Position numbers and translations under genes: made by a program. The notes beneath the pieces are model-generated. The model ran no database searches and was not told where the DNA came from. It saw only the letters and a program-made list of their open reading frames with translations. A stretch of DNA of 50,565 nucleotides from a virus, in the IMG/VR virus record IMGVR_UViG_3300045988_176358; one strand, written 5' to 3'. Shown piece by piece: positions 34,472 to 41,311 of the stretch (position 1 is the first letter of the stretch; every line of letters begins with the position of its first letter).

Positions 34472-35398
34472 ATGGAACGAGCAAGATTTCCTATGGAATT
34501 CTTGAGGGTGACTCAAGGGCCAAATACCGGGAGCCATGCAGGTAGTAAGGCGATGGACTTCGGCGGCAAGGACACCGGGTGCGATGTAGTCTATGCGCCT
34601 TTTACCGGGCGTGTAGCGCGTGTGCGCACGAATTCCAGCCATGAGACCTATTTTGAAAGTCTGGAACCTGTGGAGTTTGCCGATGGAACCGTGGACTACA
34701 TGACCGTGACGCTGATGCATGATAATGTATTGGACGTTCGTACCGGGCAGGTGCTGCACCAAGGCGAGAAGATAGGCGACGAGGGCGGCTTTGGTGGCGG
34801 TCGTCCGAACCGTTTTGGCGCGCATCTGCACCTTGAAGTGAGCCGGGGGCGAAATATCGCCTACCAAGTGCGAAACGCACAGGGCACATACTGCACGCCA
34901 CAACAGGTAGATATTTGGTCTGCGCTGTGGCTGGGGACGGATGTTCAAGTGCTTGATGGTGCTGGGTATTCGTGGAAAAGAGATACAAAGGAGGATGATG
35001 ACATGAAATTCCTGAAAGTAACAAATGGCAAATGTGAAGTATTCACAACCACGGATGTGAATGCAGTAGACAAGTCCTACAACAGTGGAAAGCTGACCGA
35101 GGGTGTGTGCTACCCGGTACAGGCCGAGGTGGGCAGCTCTGGCGGGTACAACTGGGTGCGCATCTTCGTGGCGGGAGAAAAACGTTACGCTGTTGTATTG
35201 TCCGACCGTTGCCAGCTTGTAACACTGTCTCCTGGAGATGCTTTTAATGCTTGTGTAGCTCAAGCTAAACCACAAGCAGCAGACCCTGAGATTGAAAAGA
35301 AACTGGCTGCTGAAACGCTTCGTGCTGACACAGCAGAACGGGAAAGAGATGCTGCAAACAAAAAAATCAATGAAGCCAAAAAGGCTCTTGGAGCCTAA
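34472..35398 (+). CDS. Endolysin: M23 (LytM-type) peptidase with C-terminal binding and coiled-coil regions.
   Basis: GSHAGSKAMDFG (H...D) and GAHLHLEV (HxH) are M23 motifs. The gene is directly upstream of the holin. Confidence 0.75.
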   Translation: MERARFPMEFLRVTQGPNTGSHAGSKAMDFGGKDTGCDVVYAPFTGRVARVRTNSSHETYFESLEPVEFADGTVDYMTVTLMHDNVLDVRTGQVLHQGEKIGDEGGFGGGRPNRFGAHLHLEVSRGRNIAYQVRNAQGTYCTPQQVDIWSALWLGTDVQVLDGAGYSWKRDTKEDDDMKFLKVTNGKCEVFTTTDVNAVDKSYNSGKLTEGVCYPVQAEVGSSGGYNWVRIFVAGEKRYAVVLSDRCQLVTLSPGDAFNACVAQAKPQAADPEIEKKLAAETLRADTAERERDAANKKINEAKKALGA

Positions 35399-35413
35399 AA
35401 GGAGGAACTGACT

Positions 35414-35677
35414 ATGAGATTCAAAATCAACATTCCTGTCCGCATGAAAAATCCGTGGTTCTGGGTTGGCCTTGCAGGTGTTATCCTTACTGCAATGGGG
35501 GTTTCCCCTGAAACGCTGACCAGCTGGGGTGCTGTTGTTGAGGCATTCAAGAGCTTCATCATGAATCCGTTTATGCTCGGAAGTGTTGCTCTTGCAGTCT
35601 TGGGTGTATTTATTGACCCGACGACAAAGAGCCTTGGTGACTCTGCAAATGCATTGACTTATACTTCTCCGAATTGA
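35414..35677 (+). CDS. Holin (phiLC3 / LL-H family).
   Basis: 87 aa. KNPWFWVGLAGVILTAMGVSPETLTSWGAV...IDPTTKSLGDSANALTYTSP matches the family pattern. Two TM segments. Confidence 0.85.
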   Translation: MRFKINIPVRMKNPWFWVGLAGVILTAMGVSPETLTSWGAVVEAFKSFIMNPFMLGSVALAVLGVFIDPTTKSLGDSANALTYTSPN

Positions 35678-35729
35678 GTCTTTACTTTTGCTCCAATATG
35701 GAGTACGATAGACTTGGAAAGGAGGAACC

Positions 35730-36026
35730 ATGAGTGACTGCCAAAATTGTCCATTGGTGGAAAAAATAAAAAACCTGGAAGAGGACAGTCGCAGAAACCA
35801 AGAAACCCATAAAGAATTTTATAATCGCTTTGAAAACCAAACAATGGCGCAAGCTGTGACGGATGAGCGATACAAAACAATTCTAAACACCCTCACAACC
35901 CTGACGGGAAAAGTTGATGCCCTCAGTGCAGACCCAGGGAATAAGTGGAAAACCCTGACAAGCTCAGTGATTTCAGGGTTTGGCGGTGGGCTTATTGGGT
36001 TTATTGCCTCGATGTTCTTGAAATAG
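35730..36026 (+). CDS. xhlA: XhlA-like (hemolysin XhlA family) lysis-associated membrane protein.
   Basis: 98 aa. N-terminal coiled coil plus a C-terminal TM segment (VISGFGGGLIGFIASMFL). Located in the lysis cassette. Confidence 0.6.
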   Translation: MSDCQNCPLVEKIKNLEEDSRRNQETHKEFYNRFENQTMAQAVTDERYKTILNTLTTLTGKVDALSADPGNKWKTLTSSVISGFGGGLIGFIASMFLK

Positions 36027-36049
36027 GTATACACAATGGAGGTATAACT

Positions 36050-36430
36050 TTGGAAATCGACACTGAACAGCTCAAGCTCGAAAAGGATGCACTAGACCAG
36101 AGCCTTGCCCTTAACAAAGTTGTTGTTTCTCTTTTGGAAGAGCGCAAAAAAGAAATGGGACACATCTGGATGGTACTGCTTACAATTTGCATCATATTCG
36201 CAATTGCAATTTCGGTGTTTGCGTATTTCAATTACACTGATAAGCAAATGCTGATGGAGCAACTCGAGAATACACGGGTTGACTTCATGGAGTATCTTGA
36301 TACAATTGAGTATACTACAACAGAGACAACGACTGAAACAACAATTACACAAGATACTGGTGAGGGCAGTGGTAATAATGTATATCAAGCTAGCTCTGAT
36401 GCTGTATACAATGAGGCTGGAGGTGAATAA
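36050..36430 (+). CDS. Membrane protein with a Thr/Glu-rich tail.
   Basis: TTG 36050 has RBS GGAGG 6 nt upstream. TM segment IWMVLLTICIIFAIAISVFAYF. The ORF track extends to 35945 without a plausible start. Confidence 0.5.
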   Translation: MEIDTEQLKLEKDALDQSLALNKVVVSLLEERKKEMGHIWMVLLTICIIFAIAISVFAYFNYTDKQMLMEQLENTRVDFMEYLDTIEYTTTETTTETTITQDTGEGSGNNVYQASSDAVYNEAGGE

Positions 36431-36568
36431 TCTTGCCAAAGCAAACTGTTACAGTCGTGACTACGACACGTACAACGACAAGGTCTTCCGCAAAACCAAA
36501 GAGTGGAAATACACAAAGCAGGTGCCCGACATGTGGTAAATATATGCGCAGAAAATAAGGTGATGTAG

Positions 36569-36799
36569 ATGACTGAGCACGTACAAACTCGTGCAAAGGT
36601 ACGACAAATTCCTCGTGTCAGTACATTTAATGCCTTGCTCGAAGAATGTACCATATCTCAAGAAGAGAAAGAACTCATGAGACTACATTATCTTGAGAAT
36701 AAAGACTTCTGTTACATTGGAGACCAGCTGGGCTACTCTGAAATAACTATGAAGCGATGGCACAAAAAGATTCTACGCAAACTGAATAAAGTCCTGTAA
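36569..36799 (+). CDS. Small sigma-70 region-4-like HTH regulator.
   Basis: 76 aa. EKELMRLHYLENKDFCYIGDQLGYSEITMKRWHKKILRKL. Confidence 0.55.
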   Translation: MTEHVQTRAKVRQIPRVSTFNALLEECTISQEEKELMRLHYLENKDFCYIGDQLGYSEITMKRWHKKILRKLNKVL

Positions 36800-36815
36800 T
36801 TTCAGGGATACTTTT

Positions 36816-36856
36816 AAGACCGTTCACGGATACTCCGTGGGCGGTCTTTTGATTTA
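36816..36856 (+). terminator. Rho-independent terminator.
   Basis: AAGACCG..CACGG-ATACT-CCGTG..CGGTCTT followed by TTGATTT. Confidence 0.75.
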
Positions 36857-36880
36857 TACTTAAATCAAAGGGTGATGTAT

Positions 36881-37060
36881 ATGGAATCTAGAGAAACCCT
36901 GGTTCTTGAGCTGGTGTGGGAATATAACTATACACCAGAAGAAGCAGAGGAAGTTGTAAGCAGTTATCTTGACAGCGGAAATTATGCTCTGCTGTATGAT
37001 ATATTGAAGCACAAATCTGTTAACAAAATACTTGCTTACAAGGAGGCTCAAAATGTATAG
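36881..37060 (+). CDS. Small acidic hypothetical protein.
   Basis: ORF 36872..37060. ATG 36881 lies 7 nt after AGGGTG. Confidence 0.5.
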   Translation: MESRETLVLELVWEYNYTPEEAEEVVSSYLDSGNYALLYDILKHKSVNKILAYKEAQNV

Positions 37061-37586
37061 CCCGATGTATTCACAAATGCCATACAACCCGATGGCTCCA
37101 GCTCAACAAAGACTTGCTCAAATGGAGCAACAGTATCCTCAGTTTGCTCAGCAACAGATGAATCAAATGGGTCAGGGATACGGACAACCCCAGCAACAGC
37201 AGCCAATGTATATTAAATGCAGGGCAGTCACATCTTTTGATGAAGCCAAGGCCGCTATGATTGATTTGGATGGCAGCTTACACGTTTTTACAGACACAGC
37301 AAATAAACGAATCTATACAAAACAAATCAATCTTGATGGGACTGCTACTTTAAATACTTATGTGCTGGATGAGCCTGTTCAGCCCACAGTCGTCAAGTCT
37401 GCAAACGAATCTCCTGTCAGTCAAGCTGTTTTCATTCAGACCGTAAATTCCCTCCAGAGCGAGATAGAGGAATTAAAGGCGAAATTTGAACAAAGGAGTG
37501 ATACGAGTGTTCAATCCGATGCAAATGTTTCAAGGAATGGGAAACGGACAAAATCCAATGATGCAGATGATGCAGCAAATAGGTAG
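37053..37586 (+). CDS. Hypothetical protein with a Gln/Met/Pro-rich N-terminus.
   Basis: ATG 37053 has RBS AGGAGG. MYSPMYSQMPYNPMAPAQQRLAQMEQQYPQFAQQQMNQMGQGYGQPQQQQP... is followed by a globular region and a coiled coil. Confidence 0.65.
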   Translation: MYSPMYSQMPYNPMAPAQQRLAQMEQQYPQFAQQQMNQMGQGYGQPQQQQPMYIKCRAVTSFDEAKAAMIDLDGSLHVFTDTANKRIYTKQINLDGTATLNTYVLDEPVQPTVVKSANESPVSQAVFIQTVNSLQSEIEELKAKFEQRSDTSVQSDANVSRNGKRTKSNDADDAANR

Positions 37587-37788
37587 AGGTGGAAATCCTG
37601 CCCAAATGATGCAGAGTATGATGCAGTCTCAACTGCAAAATAACCCGCTTTTTCAACGTGCTCAGGAAATGGCCAAAGGCAAAAGCCCTGATGAACTCAA
37701 ACAGATTGCTCAAAATCTATGTAAACAGCGTGGTATTGATATTGACCAAGCCATGGAGCAATTCAAGTCTCAGATGGGCTCAAAGTAG
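37507..37788 (+). CDS. Met/Gln-rich small protein.
   Basis: GTG 37507 lies 8 nt after AAGGAG (the ORF track starts at 37486). NPMQMFQGMGNGQNPMMQMMQQIGRGGNPAQMMQSMMQSQLQ. It overlaps the previous gene by 80 nt in another frame. Confidence 0.5.
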   Translation: MFNPMQMFQGMGNGQNPMMQMMQQIGRGGNPAQMMQSMMQSQLQNNPLFQRAQEMAKGKSPDELKQIAQNLCKQRGIDIDQAMEQFKSQMGSK

Positions 37789-37839
37789 GCAAATGTGTGC
37801 CCAGCACATTTGACATATATTTAAGGAGGTTTGTATTTT

Positions 37840-38517
37840 ATGGGTATGGAAGGAACTGGCCTCAGCGTTGCCGACGCGCTGGCTCTTCAAGACCGTCGTG
37901 GTGACGGAATGTTCGGTGATGGCAATGGTATGTGGGTGTTTTTCCTGTTCTTCCTGCTGGCGTGGGGTGGCAACGGCATGTTCGGTGGCAATAATGCTGC
38001 TGCGCAGGGTGCTCTCACTCGTGCTGACTTGTGCGAGGGCTTCAATTTCAACGACCTGCAGCGTCAAGTCCAGGGCGTTCAGAACGGTCTGTGTGACGGA
38101 TTCTACGCACAAAATACCACAATGCTGCAAGGGTTCCATGGCGTTGACACCGCTCTCTGCAATGGTTTCAACAATGTGAACAACAACATCACCCAAGCCC
38201 GGTTTGATGCTCAGCAGTGCTGCTGCGAGACCAACCGTAACATCGACGCTGTGCGCTATGAGAATGCGCGCAACACATGTGACATTGTCAATGCTATCAA
38301 AGCTGATGGCGATGCCACTCGCTCTCTGATGACGCAAAATACGATTCAGGCTCTGCGTGATGAGCTGCAATCTGCTCAGCTTGCTCTGCAGAACAATGCT
38401 CAGACTCAGACCCTTATCAATCAGCTGCGTCCGTGCCCCATCCCTGCCTATCCGTCCTGCAGCCCGTATCAAACATACAGTGGCTGGAACGGCTGTGGCT
38501 GTGCTTGCAACGGCTAA
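37840..38517 (+). CDS. Membrane-anchored Asn/Gln- and Cys-rich protein of unknown function.
   Basis: RBS AAGGAGG. TM segment MWVFFLFFLLAWGG flanked by Gly-rich GDGMFGDGNG and GNGMFGGNN. Repeated LC.GF motifs, QQCCCETNRNID, a coiled coil, and the C-terminus CPIPAYPSCSPYQTYSGWNGCGCACNG. Confidence 0.7.
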   Translation: MGMEGTGLSVADALALQDRRGDGMFGDGNGMWVFFLFFLLAWGGNGMFGGNNAAAQGALTRADLCEGFNFNDLQRQVQGVQNGLCDGFYAQNTTMLQGFHGVDTALCNGFNNVNNNITQARFDAQQCCCETNRNIDAVRYENARNTCDIVNAIKADGDATRSLMTQNTIQALRDELQSAQLALQNNAQTQTLINQLRPCPIPAYPSCSPYQTYSGWNGCGCACNG

Positions 38518-38570
38518 TCTACAAACAAATAGGATAGTTCGGCTTTGACCGTTCCCTAATACGACCAATG

Positions 38571-38599
38571 GGGGTGGGCAGATGTCCACCCCTTATTTT
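38571..38599 (+). terminator. Rho-independent terminator.
   Basis: GGGGTGG-GCAGATGT-CCACCCC followed by TTATTTT. Confidence 0.8.
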
Positions 38600-38615
38600 G
38601 AAAGGAGAAATAACA

Positions 38616-39011
38616 ATGATTGATGCTGTAAACGTTGCATCTCAAAGTGTTGCTGTAAATTCCCCTGTTCTTTTTGGTGCTACACGAATCAAGACTGGGT
38701 GCTCTGTACGACATGAGCAAGGCTCTGGCAGATTTGTTCTGCTCAAGCCAGGTATCTATCGAGTATCTTTCAATGCCAGTCTATCTGCTGCAGCTGCTAC
38801 CACAGCAGTTTTAAATATCACCCAGGATGGTGAACAAATTGCTGGTGCAAACATCACTTCCGGAGTTGACCCAACAAGCATTGAAAGTGTTTCTGTGACA
38901 ACTCTACTTCGGGTTTACTGTAGCGATGTCAGCTCTGTCTCTATCACAAACATTGGTACAACTGCTATCAACGTTGCTCAAGCCAATTTTGTCATTGAAA
39001 GGGTCTGCTGA
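38616..39011 (+). CDS. BclA C-terminal-domain-like (C1q/TNF-like jelly-roll) protein.
   Basis: 131 aa from ATG 38616 (RBS AAAGGAG). The pattern ...FVLLKPGIYRVSFNASLSAAAATTAVLNITQDGEQIAGA...SVTTLLRV...ITNIGTTAINVAQANFVIERV resembles exosporium BclA/BclB C-terminal domains. No collagen stalk is present. Confidence 0.5.
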   Translation: MIDAVNVASQSVAVNSPVLFGATRIKTGCSVRHEQGSGRFVLLKPGIYRVSFNASLSAAAATTAVLNITQDGEQIAGANITSGVDPTSIESVSVTTLLRVYCSDVSSVSITNIGTTAINVAQANFVIERVC

Positions 39012-39013
39012 AT

Positions 39014-39214
39014 GTGGACAGAAATGACGAGCTGTTCTTCATAATTGCGACGTTCAATACCTGTTTAGGTATGGTCAATATGCAAAAGAATGACGCACAG
39101 AAAGACCATCAAGAGATTCTTGATGAAAAGCTCGACAGAATACTTTCAAAAATTGACAACATAGAAAGGAGGCTTGGTGATGGCAAACTACACAATGGAG
39201 AAAACAGAACGTGA
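39014..39214 (+). CDS. Uncertain small coiled-coil ORF.
   Basis: GTG-initiated track ORF. Internal ATG 39071 is possible. The RBS is poor, and it overlaps the next gene by 35 nt. Confidence 0.3.
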   Translation: MDRNDELFFIIATFNTCLGMVNMQKNDAQKDHQEILDEKLDRILSKIDNIERRLGDGKLHNGENRT

Positions 39215-39788
39215 CTGGGATATCTGCTATAATGCATTTAAAAAGATAAACCAACGACAAATCACAGCACTCATGTTTCATGACCAAATGGCTGACTTGT
39301 TTGACTTTCTAGGTTTGATGGGTTTCAAGCGAATGCACGAGTATCAGTATTTCGCAGAATCTGCTGAGCATAGGACAACAAAAAGATACTTTATCAATCA
39401 TCACAATAGGCTGTTGCCTGAAGATGGGGTGGAAGAGATTGAAACCATTCCGGACAGTTGGTATAAGTATACTAGATTTGAGGTCAGTGCTCAGGTACGA
39501 AGACAAGCAGTTGAAACTGCATTTGAGAAATACAACGAATGGGAAAGTGAAACAAAAGAATGCTACGAAAAAGCTGCAAAAGAACTTCTTGATGCCGGAT
39601 ATATGGCTGACTACAATAAAGTCAACTGTTTGATTGAAGATGTTGACATGGAATTGAAGCACATTGATAGACTTATTATATGCCTCAAATCTGTTGCATA
39701 TAACGATGTTTATGTCGCAACAATTCAGGATGAGTTACATGAAAAATATCGTGCAATGACGAAAGAAATTGGTGTAAACATCTGTTAA
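39180..39788 (+). CDS. Hypothetical helical protein.
   Basis: ATG 39180 lies 7 nt after AAGGAGG. 202 aa, followed by a terminator. Confidence 0.7.
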   Translation: MANYTMEKTERDWDICYNAFKKINQRQITALMFHDQMADLFDFLGLMGFKRMHEYQYFAESAEHRTTKRYFINHHNRLLPEDGVEEIETIPDSWYKYTRFEVSAQVRRQAVETAFEKYNEWESETKECYEKAAKELLDAGYMADYNKVNCLIEDVDMELKHIDRLIICLKSVAYNDVYVATIQDELHEKYRAMTKEIGVNIC

Positions 39789-39793
39789 ACACT

Positions 39794-39825
39794 TGCCCCT
39801 TGCTTCGGTGAGGGGCATTTTTATG
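39794..39825 (+). terminator. Rho-independent terminator.
   Basis: TGCCCCT-TGCTTCGGTG-AGGGGCA followed by TTTTTA. Confidence 0.8.
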
Positions 39826-39833
39826 GAGGAACC

Positions 39834-39971
39834 ATGAAAAGTTTAGGCTTTGAGAGGGTACAGCTTTATGCTAAAACATTCAAGGGATTTGTTCCTGTAC
39901 CATACCCAATGGAGGGAAGGCAACTCTATTACTTTGATAAAGAGCAAAACAAATTCATAAGAATCCAATAA
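39834..39971 (+). CDS. Small hypothetical protein (45 aa, my own translation).
   Basis: MKSLGFERVQLYAKTFKGFVPVPYPMEGRQLYYFDKEQNKFIRIQ. RBS GGAGGA 3-4 nt upstream. It sits between a terminator and a promoter. Confidence 0.4.
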   Translation: MKSLGFERVQLYAKTFKGFVPVPYPMEGRQLYYFDKEQNKFIRIQ

Positions 39972-39987
39972 ATTTTGAAAAAACCTC

Positions 39988-40016
39988 TTTACATTTTCTT
40001 GCAATAGGAGTACAAT
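39988..40016 (+). promoter_or_regulatory. Early promoter of the conserved family.
   Basis: cTCTTTACA (39988..39993), 17 nt, TACAAT (40011..40016), then gtaaTTGTAAGG. Confidence 0.7.
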
Positions 40017-40050
40017 GTAATTGTAAGGAAAACAAACGGAGGTAAACATT

Positions 40051-41208
40051 ATGAAGTATTCAATTCCTGAATCCAATATGGATAAACTTACAAAACGCCT
40101 TGTAACAATTGGTAACAAGTGTAATAAGTTTGGCTGCACTTTCAGTTTTGAAATCATTGGCGAGCATTATGAAAAGCAATTCGATGATGCTCATGTTTAT
40201 ACTGGGGATATTAAATACATCGATGTAGAAGTCTCCGGCAAAGCCATTATCAACAATTGGGTTTTTGTTGCTACACTTGAGCACACTGATAAAGGAAACA
40301 TTGTTCGAGCTTATGATGGGCAAGAAGTTCCTCAATGGGCATACACTGTTGAAGCTAAATGTGACCACTGTAAAACAAAGCATACCCGCAAAGACACCTA
40401 CATTGTTCGCAATACTGAAACTGGTGAATTTAAACAAGTTGGCCGCAGCTGTCTGAAGGACTTCACAAACGGTCTAAGTGCTGAGATGGTTGCTGCTTAT
40501 CTTTCCTATTTAGATACCATTGAGAAGTCTTCTGTTGAGTTCACTCATAGCAAACCCTATTATGATGTCAAAGAATATCTGCTCTACGTTGCGGAAACAG
40601 TCAAGCATTTTGGCTATCTTAGCAAAGCCAATGCTGGCTATAATGCCACTCCAACCTCTTCTCGAGCATTTGGGTATATGGTTCGTCCGAATGCTCAGGA
40701 ACGCAAGGAAATGGAATCTGTAAGATTTGAAGCTTGCACCGAAGAAAATGAGAACACCATTGCTACTGCTCTTGATTGGATAAATGCTCAAGAAGATGAC
40801 TTTGGGTATATCCATAACCTCAAAGTTACATGCTCTCGTGAATACTGTGAATATCGTGACCTTGGTATCATTGCTTCCTTGATTCCTGCGCACTTCAAGG
40901 CTATGGAAAAGGAAGCCGCACGTTTGGCTCGTGAAGCTGCAAAAGCAAATAAGCCCAATTCAAATTGGGTTGGTGAAATTGGTCAGCGTGTTGAGATTGC
41001 TGCTAATTGTAAATGTGTTGCTTCTTGGTACAGTGATTTTGGTCCTGGATACCTTTACAAATTTACAACTGATGACGGAAATATATTCACCTGGAAGACT
41101 GGGAAAGCCATTGATGATGGCAAAGTTACTATCAAAGGAACAATCAAGGCACATACTGAGTTTAATACTGAAAAACAGACTGAGTTGACTCGTTGCAAAA
41201 TCTCTTAA
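40051..41208 (+). CDS. Hypothetical early protein with a CxxC zinc-knuckle region.
   Basis: 385 aa with RBS GGAGG. KCDHCKTKHTRKDTYIVRNTETGEFKQVGRSCLKDF. It has its own conserved-family promoter. Confidence 0.75.
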   Translation: MKYSIPESNMDKLTKRLVTIGNKCNKFGCTFSFEIIGEHYEKQFDDAHVYTGDIKYIDVEVSGKAIINNWVFVATLEHTDKGNIVRAYDGQEVPQWAYTVEAKCDHCKTKHTRKDTYIVRNTETGEFKQVGRSCLKDFTNGLSAEMVAAYLSYLDTIEKSSVEFTHSKPYYDVKEYLLYVAETVKHFGYLSKANAGYNATPTSSRAFGYMVRPNAQERKEMESVRFEACTEENENTIATALDWINAQEDDFGYIHNLKVTCSREYCEYRDLGIIASLIPAHFKAMEKEAARLAREAAKANKPNSNWVGEIGQRVEIAANCKCVASWYSDFGPGYLYKFTTDDGNIFTWKTGKAIDDGKVTIKGTIKAHTEFNTEKQTELTRCKIS

Positions 41209-41225
41209 AATATTACAAAACCCTC

Positions 41226-41254
41226 TTTACATTTATGCATCTTATCGGTATACT
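41226..41254 (+). promoter_or_regulatory. Early promoter of the conserved family.
   Basis: cTCTTTACA (41226..41231), 17 nt, TATACT (41249..41254), then aatgcTTGTAAGG. Confidence 0.65.
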
Positions 41255-41311
41255 AATGCTTGTAAGGAAGAACAAACCTTACAAAATATGACATGATAGG
41301 AGCAAGGAAGA

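Noticed and set aside
34223-35731. A 502-aa minus-strand ORF, the longest antisense ORF in the window.
   Set aside because: It lies antisense to the endolysin, holin and upstream genes, which have strong RBSs and recognisable motifs. It falls exactly in the higher-GC segment where stop-free shadow frames are expected. It has low-complexity Arg/Pro/Ala-rich content and no RBS.
36424-36539. A short ORF ...NCYSRDYDTYNDKVFRKTKEWKYTKQVPDMW downstream of the lysis genes.
   Set aside because: It has no usable start codon with proper RBS spacing. The only candidate is GTG 36424, with the GGAGG of GCTGGAGG immediately adjacent (zero spacer). It is left uncalled.
37780-38589. A 269-aa minus-strand ORF.
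   Set aside because: It is antisense to the Cys-rich protein gene, which has a strong RBS and terminator. It would run through the terminator hairpin at 38571..38599.
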